The notes under the pieces were generated by a model that had not been told where the DNA came from, ran no database searches, and was given only the letters and a program-made list of their open reading frames with translations. The translations under genes were made by a program, and so were the position numbers. DNA of 64,000 bases, from NCBI RefSeq assembly GCF_009914755.1, contig NC_060930.1, one strand, 5' to 3'. The stretch comes from the human T2T-CHM13v2.0 reference genome, Homo sapiens. Every line of letters starts with the position of its first letter. Within the stretch, counting starts at the first letter, position 1. Shown here one piece after another: positions 56,160 to 64,000 of the stretch.

Positions 56160-59115
56160 AGGGTGGGTAATGGCCTCCGCAGACAGGAGATTGGTATTTA
56201 GCGTTTAAACACTGCTGTACACAAGGCCTTGATTTTTAGAGTGGTTACTGAACTATCCCCTTTTAGTAAATGTTTAAAAATTACATTTTTACATGGTCTT
56301 ACTAGATTAATAGTCATGGTTTATTTCATTTTAACTGCAAGGATAAAAGCATTATTCCATTAAATGGGCAGCTTTTTTTTCTCTTTTGGTTTATGCATTA
56401 TTAACACAGGCTTTCCTGTTTTGCTTGTAACATTTTATAGGCTTTTTCAAACACGCAGTCAGATTTGCTCTGTTGCTCCTTTATTTTTTGGACTTAGCCC
56501 ATTATCTGCTTGATCTTGGACAATTTCAGAGGAGACAAAGTTCTAAGGAACTAAGCTTTTAAAATATTAAAAATGAAGTTCTTTTTTTTTTTTAATGTAT
56601 GAGTGATAATATTGATCAAGATGTCTCTTTGGTTTCAAGTTTCTAGTTAGCCCCTTTCCTGAACTATACCCTCACATGAGATAGTAAAGGAAGGACAGTT
56701 TATGGTTCTGGAGAACTGTTGGACATTTTGAAAATGCTTTAGTTGATGTAACTTTCGAAGCAATATGCTCTGACATAGTCAGCCTGTGTGGAATGAGGCC
56801 GTTTGCACACACATACATATGATTTTTTTTTATCTGTGAGTATTTTGTCTTTAGAATAAAGATGAATCTTAATAGTTTGTATGGTATATACAAGTCCCTG
56901 TCTACCTGATACATAAACTGCTACTAAAACATCATTTTTAATGTCTTGTGATACAGAATTTATTACTTTATGAGGTATTTTATTTGTGGTAATTTAAATT
57001 GTTTAGGAAGTTTTTCCTTACATTAGCTCGAACTGTTTTTTTTGTTTGTTTTTTTAAATCCTGGTTCTACTTCTGCCTTCTTAAACCACACAAGGTAAAT
57101 CTAAATCCTTCTTCTATATGACGGCTGTTCACGTATTTGAAGATAGTTTTCATTTACTAGGATTTCTTCTGGGCTATTAATAGTTACTTTAACTATTTCC
57201 CCCACTGTGTGGTCTCAAGTTCCCCTGCACCCTATTCTTAATTCCTTAATGAGCTTCATTTTTGTATAAGCACCTCTAAATGTGATATCCACAACCAAAG
57301 GGCAGGCTCCAAAGGCATGGCTGGCGGAGGCCACCTGGCCCGCTTTGTGTTGGACCGTCACGCTGCCGTGTATCGGAGGCGTCAGGGTCTGCAGGGCTTT
57401 GCGGCAGCTGCAGCCCACTCTTGCCACTGTGATGGGAGCTGCTCTGAAGGATACGTCTCATCCATCCTGCACCTGAGCTCAAGTGCTCATCGACCCTTCC
57501 TGGCTGCTGTTGGACTGGGTCGGGGCTGTTGTTCAAGCTTGCTAACGTGTGTTAGGATCCTGAATCTGGCATCTGTTGTATTTAGTGTAATTCCTACCTT
57601 TGTGTCCCCTCTGAATTTGTATCTCATGATAGCTCTTAATACAGAAAGTTAAATAGGCTAAATCCAGAGCTTTCTGACATTCTGGTTATTGCCATTCAAC
57701 CAGGTATGATAAACCTAGAGCTACTGTATGTTCCAGGCCATACATTACATATTAACCACAATCCTGTCCTAGAGACTTTATCTGAGGCTAGGTGGGGATC
57801 CAGAACAACGCTATAGTCCTTTCTGTATATGTTATAGTGCTGTCTTCCAGAATGACTTATTGTGGATTATATATGACTTCCAATGATGTAACACATATAA
57901 AGGCTCTGTAATAATTGAAAGTTATACATAATTTGCTATTGACATAATTTTATCTTTATCAAGTTTTCTACATGAGAGGAGAAAATCTACCTTTTAAGCT
58001 AGTTCACCTTGCCACCTGAGTGATACGCCTCAGCTCCTTCCCTGTGTCCAGGAGGAACAGCCAAGATAAACATCAAGAAAAGGTAGGAGAACCTATGCCC
58101 ATCTCCAGAAGGGCCCTAGAAACAGAGCCTGGATGTCATGGGGTCCAAGGCAGAAGATACTCGCCCTGGACTTGGGATCTTAGAAATGAAGTAGCCCCAT
58201 TTCAGGGGCCTAAGATTTTAGGGAGGAGGGCTGTTGGTCTCAGAAACCCTATCCTGTTAGGAAGGTTACTGGAGGCCGCTGGTGGTGGAAGCCGCGCCTG
58301 TTCTATTTCCTCACCTTCCTGTGTTCATCTGTGTATCTGCCAAGTGCCCTGTGCTTTGCTTTTTACCACCAACTGCTTGACAGCCGTCCAGGACTGCTGG
58401 GTTCTGGACATAAGGTCAGATAAAACTGGCCTAGTCTTTTCTAGGGATGTAAACCTTGGGGAAGACATGCACCAGTGGCCTGGTACTGGGGACAAGAGCA
58501 GGGCCTCTGCTTCTGTAGTGCACAGGGGCTGCCTCTAGCAGGGGAAGGAGGTGGGAGGCAAGTGGGCCACTCAGAAAAAGACATTCTTTTTTGAATGAGT
58601 CCCAGGTACTTTTGTGAGTTCATGGAGGCTGGCCCATAATTTCCACTCGGACTTGTCATAAACTCTCCCTGCTTCTTACCCCCACCCTTCTCTCAGAAGC
58701 CAGGACTCAGTGAGTTCTGGGCATGGGAACCTGGGAGGCAGAGCACTTACAAATGAAAATTTGGCAATAAGTTTTATAGACTGGAAAAAAATTGCTTCAG
58801 ACCAGTGCTGGTAGCAGTGGAGTGGCAGATAGGAAATAGTCCTCTGGAGGTGGCCTCTAGGGACAGCAGCCCTTTCTGTGGTCAGTCCATAGACCCTCTG
58901 CTGGGTCACCATGGAGGCTTCTTTAACCAGCCTGCAGTTTCAGCTTGAGTTTGGGGTGAAGGGTGGATGACAGCTTCTTAGTCCACTGATATCTTAATGA
59001 GATTTCCATTCAGTGTATTTTGCATCTCCCTCCAAAAGGAAAAATATATGAGTGAATTTTGTTTATAGCATGTGTAGCAGGCAGGATGTTGCAGGGACTT
59101 TGGGATATTCTGGAT

Positions 59116-59300
59116 CAGCACTGTCCAGTAGAACTTTCTGCAGTGATGAAAACAGTCCCTATCTGTGTTGTCCAGTATGTCAGCCACTTGCCATATATTG
59201 TTATATACCACCTGAAATATGGCTAGCAGAAGGAATTTTGCGTTTTAGTTAAATTTAAACACCCTCATGTGGCTAGTGCCGACCATACTGGACAGTGCAG
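59116..59300. mobile_element. MER3-type hAT-Charlie MITE
   Basis: Termini cagcactgtccag.../...ctggacagtgcag; 8-bp TSD ttctggat / ttctagat. Confidence 0.82.
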
Positions 59301-61581
59301 TTCTAGATTATGGATCCCATATGGTCAGGATCTTATTACAGACTGAATTTGGTGAAAATAACAATGTTAGGTTAAGACTCTCAAATTCTTGGCATGTAAG
59401 TTATTGATTTGTAATGTATTCTGAGCTGGCATTTAAAATTACCTCATTTTTACAAGGATACAAGAGATTGAAGGAACAAATATATTTTAGATGTAGAGTT
59501 TATCTGTTGCAGGGTTTGGCATGTAGGCCAGGAACCAAGATTCCAGGAGTAAGAATGGCACACTTGGTGAAAGAGTGCTGTGCACTTGGATGCTGATTTA
59601 CAAGTGACAGAGCCACTGTGTCCCACGTCTTTCTCCTTGCCTGTTTCTCTGGGTTTTCAGTTATCTATGTTTATTGGAAACAGTTATCACAGAGTTGAGT
59701 ACCTTGAAGATCTCTTGTGGACATCCCCACTTCCTTCCCACATACTCACCAGTACCAGGGTCAGCTTCAGGTAGGAGGATGGCACAGACTCAAGGTCAAG
59801 CAGAGGTGTGAGCCACAGAAGCAGAGTAGCAGGCCAAGTTCCAGCATCCTGGCTGCCAGGACCACCGTGCAGGCTTAAGAAGCTGGAGCTTTAGGATATG
59901 GAGTGTCCATCACTTGGCATCTTTCTCATAGCCCAGGTGGCATCTGAGAATTAGGTTAGGGTTGATTTGGACCCTATGGTTTGGTAAATCATGTCCCTTG
60001 AATGTATACAAATGATGTCTGTTGATATTTAAAATATGTTTCTTTCTGTTTAATTGTAAAGGGGATCAGGAAGTCTTTTCTCCCACGAGTCTCAAATAAT
60101 TTCATAGTTAGAATCTGGTAATTTCAGGCCAGCCTAGGGCTTTTCATGACTCTCACTTTTTAAGGCTGGTATCCTCATTTGCTGGATGAGTAGGGGTTCT
60201 GCTGATGGAGATAATGACACCAGGATACCCATGTGTTGAGTCCATCTTGCTGCCCCTTCCAAGCCCCCCAAACAACTGGAGTTCTGTATTCTGCTAGGGA
60301 ATCTGTTATGTGGTGTAGCCTTCCTCTTAGACTTAATTCATTCACTTTTTTAGTGCTCTACATGTTTAGAATTTTCATAAGAACTGCATTTTACATTCAG
60401 TATAATGTAGTTGGGTAGTTAGAATAATATGTTCCAAGATCTCTGATTCATTTGTCACCCGCCTTGCAAACTCAGCTTTGGCTTGTTGTCCACATCCATC
60501 CCACTGCACACGGCAGTCTACCATTTGTAGTCCAATCCATGCCTTCTGGCTCCATTTCCTGACATCAGGAGGTTAAAGACTAACTTGTTTTCTCCTAGTC
60601 ACAGCTCCACACCTAGGAACAGCTTTTTCACTTTTAAACAGTTTATCTCTGTTCCCCCTACCCCCTTTAAAAAGAAAGAAAAACACTAGGAATGAGTAAT
60701 ACTGATTTCTCAGTATTTGTTTGATTCTGTGGCATACTGTACACTTCAGCAGCAAAAGTAGATGGTTGAGTTATATTGCTAGTTCTTACTCAGTCTATAA
60801 ACCTAATTCGTTTTATTTATGATGGGAGAAGGAGAATTTATGAATTCATTTTGTTAAGCAATTCTTGAGCCTTTGTAGTGTGCTATTATGATGGATACAC
60901 TCCTGGTTTGAAGAAATACAGAGTCCCTGAGATCGTGAAGCACTTTTCAGCAAATACATTTTGTTGCAGTATGCATTTACCCATCTTGTTGAAGGGCATT
61001 TAAATGTTGTCCAAATGTCTTAAGTATTTCTTTTGAATAATCATTATTTTTAATTATAGTCTGGATTTCTCTTTCCTCTTTTGTGAAATAATCGTCTTCC
61101 CCCTTCCTTTTGGAAAAGTCAGTAATCTGGGTAATTTCTGCTAAAAAAAAAGCTCTATTAAAACCAAGGGGTGATTGTAGTCCAGTTAATGAAGCAAAGC
61201 AAAAAAAGATGAGGCCAGGAATCATACGGAGTTAGTTTACTAATGAAGCAAGGTACTTTTAAAAGGTAAGGAAAAATAAAGGAGCCCCTTTCTTTTCTTT
61301 CGATCTGGTCATTACCTGGGATTTTCAGTTAAGTGAAATCATTAACTACTCATATGTGCCTCAACCTAAACACCAAACCCCAAAGACTATTTAATTATCA
61401 TACTTTGGTTAATAAGATTACAGGAAGGTTATTAAATGAGTCTGTGGGACTTGCCTAGAAAAGATGAAATGCAAAATGAAATGTTTTCCTCTATTGGGAA
61501 GACCACTTGGCTTGTGTTCTTTTTAATGGTTGAGCGTAGTATCATTCTGTTTGGGAAGGGTGAGTGTGGGAAAATTATGTA

Positions 61582-61877
61582 CAGTCCTCAGTATCCACAG
61601 GGAATTGGTTCTAGGACCCCCACGAGTACCAAAATCGTAGATGCTCAAGTTCCTTAGATAAAGTTAGTAGTTGTAAGTAACCTACCATCCTCCTACATAC
61701 TTTTTGTGTCATCTCTAGATTACTTATAATAACTAATACAATGTAAATGCTTTATGAATAGTTGTTGTACTTTGTTTTTTAATTTGTATTATTTTTACTG
61801 CTTTTCCTCCCCCAATTTTTTATCTGCTATTGGTGGAGTCTGCTGACACAGAACCCATGGGTAGGGAGGACCAACCG
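61582..61877. mobile_element. MER2-type Tigger MITE
   Basis: ta|cagtcctcagtatccacaggg...ccaaaatc...gatgctcaagt...catctctagattacttataat...tacaatgtaaatgc...|ta. Confidence 0.82.
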
Positions 61878-62266
61878 TACTCATTCTGTTCAAAACGTCT
61901 TGCTTAATTCGGTCTGTTTATTGTTACAGTGTGTAGGGTTTTGTACTTAAAATCTCTTAAAAGGAGGATCAGGAGGGTTGTAGTGTTCTATTATTAAAAT
62001 ATTTTTAATAAAATTTTATGAGAAGTCTTCAGAAACTGTGACTGTGTAAAGGTTGAATTGTCTGACTACATCATTTGAGTCAGAGTCCTTTTTAAATATA
62101 TGACCAGTTTTAAAAATACAGATTCTTCCCCATCTCTCCCGGGTAAGTAAATAAAAAATATGTCCACCATCCCCTGCTGCCTTTCGATCCGTGGTGGCAG
62201 GCGGGAGGTCTGCACACCAGGCTGCTCTCTCTGGTTTGCTGTGCAGCTGCACCTGTGTGCTGGTGA

Positions 62267-62606
<340 letters not shown>

Positions 62607-64000
62607 AATTGTCCCCTTCTTAATTTAAACCACGACCAAAACAGAAATTTCTGGGTTTTGATAGGGAACTGGGCTGTGTACATATGTCCTGCAGCATCTG
62701 TTTGTATGATGGACGTCCTTATTGACTCATAGTGCATTTCTCTGGACATTGATATAAGGGAATTATTGTCCTTAAAATAATTTATTCTAATTTATAGTAA
62801 AATAAAAGTATATTTTCATTTGGTATTTAGTTTAATCAGTAAAAAATAATGTGAATAAACTTTGCTTTTGACAAAGTATTGGCCTTAAAAGTACTATTTT
62901 TCTTTATGTATTTATTTTGTTTATGTGTTTAGTTTGAATGGGTTTGGGTATACATTCCTTTGAGTCAGTTTTCATGGTGCAGTTATTTGCTAGAGTCTTA
63001 AAAATTCAAGCAACAATTTCACTACTAGTCTTTGTATTTCATTTTTATGTACTTAAAGGGCAGTTCTAAAGTGAGGGAGAACCCCAAATTACTCTCTGCA
63101 ATAAAAAACAACTGGTAAACTAGAATATGATTCAGATAGAGGAAAGCCACAGGGTTTTAGAATTACAGGCACAAAGCACTTTACTGTATTTTTTTAAGGC
63201 ATGAAGTTAGATGATTTTGTTGAGTAAAGAAGCAGAATTATTCCCTGTGCATTTTATGAAATAGAGTCCTAGGAAGTGTTTTCCTCTCTAGTTAAGGGTG
63301 CCATTTAAAACAAACAAACAAAACCAATGCAAAGTGGTCCACCTTTCTACCTTTTTAAAAAGGAAAAATCGTTGTAAAATGGAACATTGATTCTAAATTT
63401 GAAGATTTATGTGTTCCCACAGAAAAGGAAAGAAATCACCCTCTTGGGAAACAAAGAAACAAACCCCAAACCTCTAACCCAAATCCCTGAGCTTTTGCGG
63501 AGACAGACACAGCTTACTCCAGAAAGAAGGGTGCAGCTCAGCATCCCTAAACACTCCCAGGTGCGTGCTCTGCGACAGAGTGCGCAGGACACGGAGCTGC
63601 TTAATGGAAACCAATCCTGCAACACTGTACGTTTAGTCAGCTTTCTCTGTCAGATAACAGGCCTCCGTGCAGACTGTTCAAATGATATTTTGAAAATATG
63701 GTGTTATTCCACACAACTTTGAGGTGTGTAATTTTGGAGAGTAAAATGAAATCACCGGTCAGGCTGTTAAGGAGGTGGGGAAATGCCAACTTTGCCTCTT
63801 CCGGGCAGTGCTGTGGTGATGCAGCCTTGGGCCCCGCCAGCAGCGGCTTGCTGGCTGGCGCGGGGTCCTCTCCCGGGTCCGCTGCGTTGCGCGGGCAGGA
63901 CAGTCAGGTGAGCACAGGTGGCTCCGTTCACCTGATCTTCAGCCCTGTCTCCACTCAAGTGTCTTCTTGGTGGAAGCCTGGTGGTCCTTAGCAGTACTGG

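Noticed and set aside
58020-58538. 172-aa ORF in unique sequence
   Set aside because: Non-ATG start, no recognisable domain or ARID1B similarity, no convincing splice boundaries
63905-63917. 13-mer caggtgagcacag identical to the first exon's donor region (3905-3917), exactly 60 kb away
   Set aside because: Dozens of chance 13-mer matches are expected in 64 kb, and the flanks are unrelated

Overview
Human (primate) genomic DNA, about 64 kb inside the ARID1B gene (BAF/SWI-SNF subunit, chr6q25, + strand). The gene was recognised from two phase-0 coding exons: 3758-3907 (MPPQYGQQG...RYQPQQ) and 37847-37957 (DMSQEGYG...ERPSSLP). The rest is intron, with about 27 Alu copies/fragments, old L1M/L2/MIR remnants, MSTA and MLT2 LTRs, Tigger4b/MER44/MER2/MER3 DNA transposons, microsatellites and a ~51-bp C-rich minisatellite that grew out of an L1MA 3' end. 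There are no prokaryotic features, and almost all ORF-track entries are Alu- or repeat-derived noise. The most interesting unexplained structure is splice/polyadenylation architecture in the introns. It includes a donor/microexon/TGCATG cluster 1.3-3.3 kb after the second exon, several stop-containing candidate microexons, exonisation-ready antisense Alus, a candidate intronic-polyadenylation isoform, a stop-free 261-nt two-exon circle and an L2-tail hairpin. All of these are sequence-based hypotheses that need RNA data. Repeat family names come from recalled consensus sequences, and boundaries of old elements are approximate.
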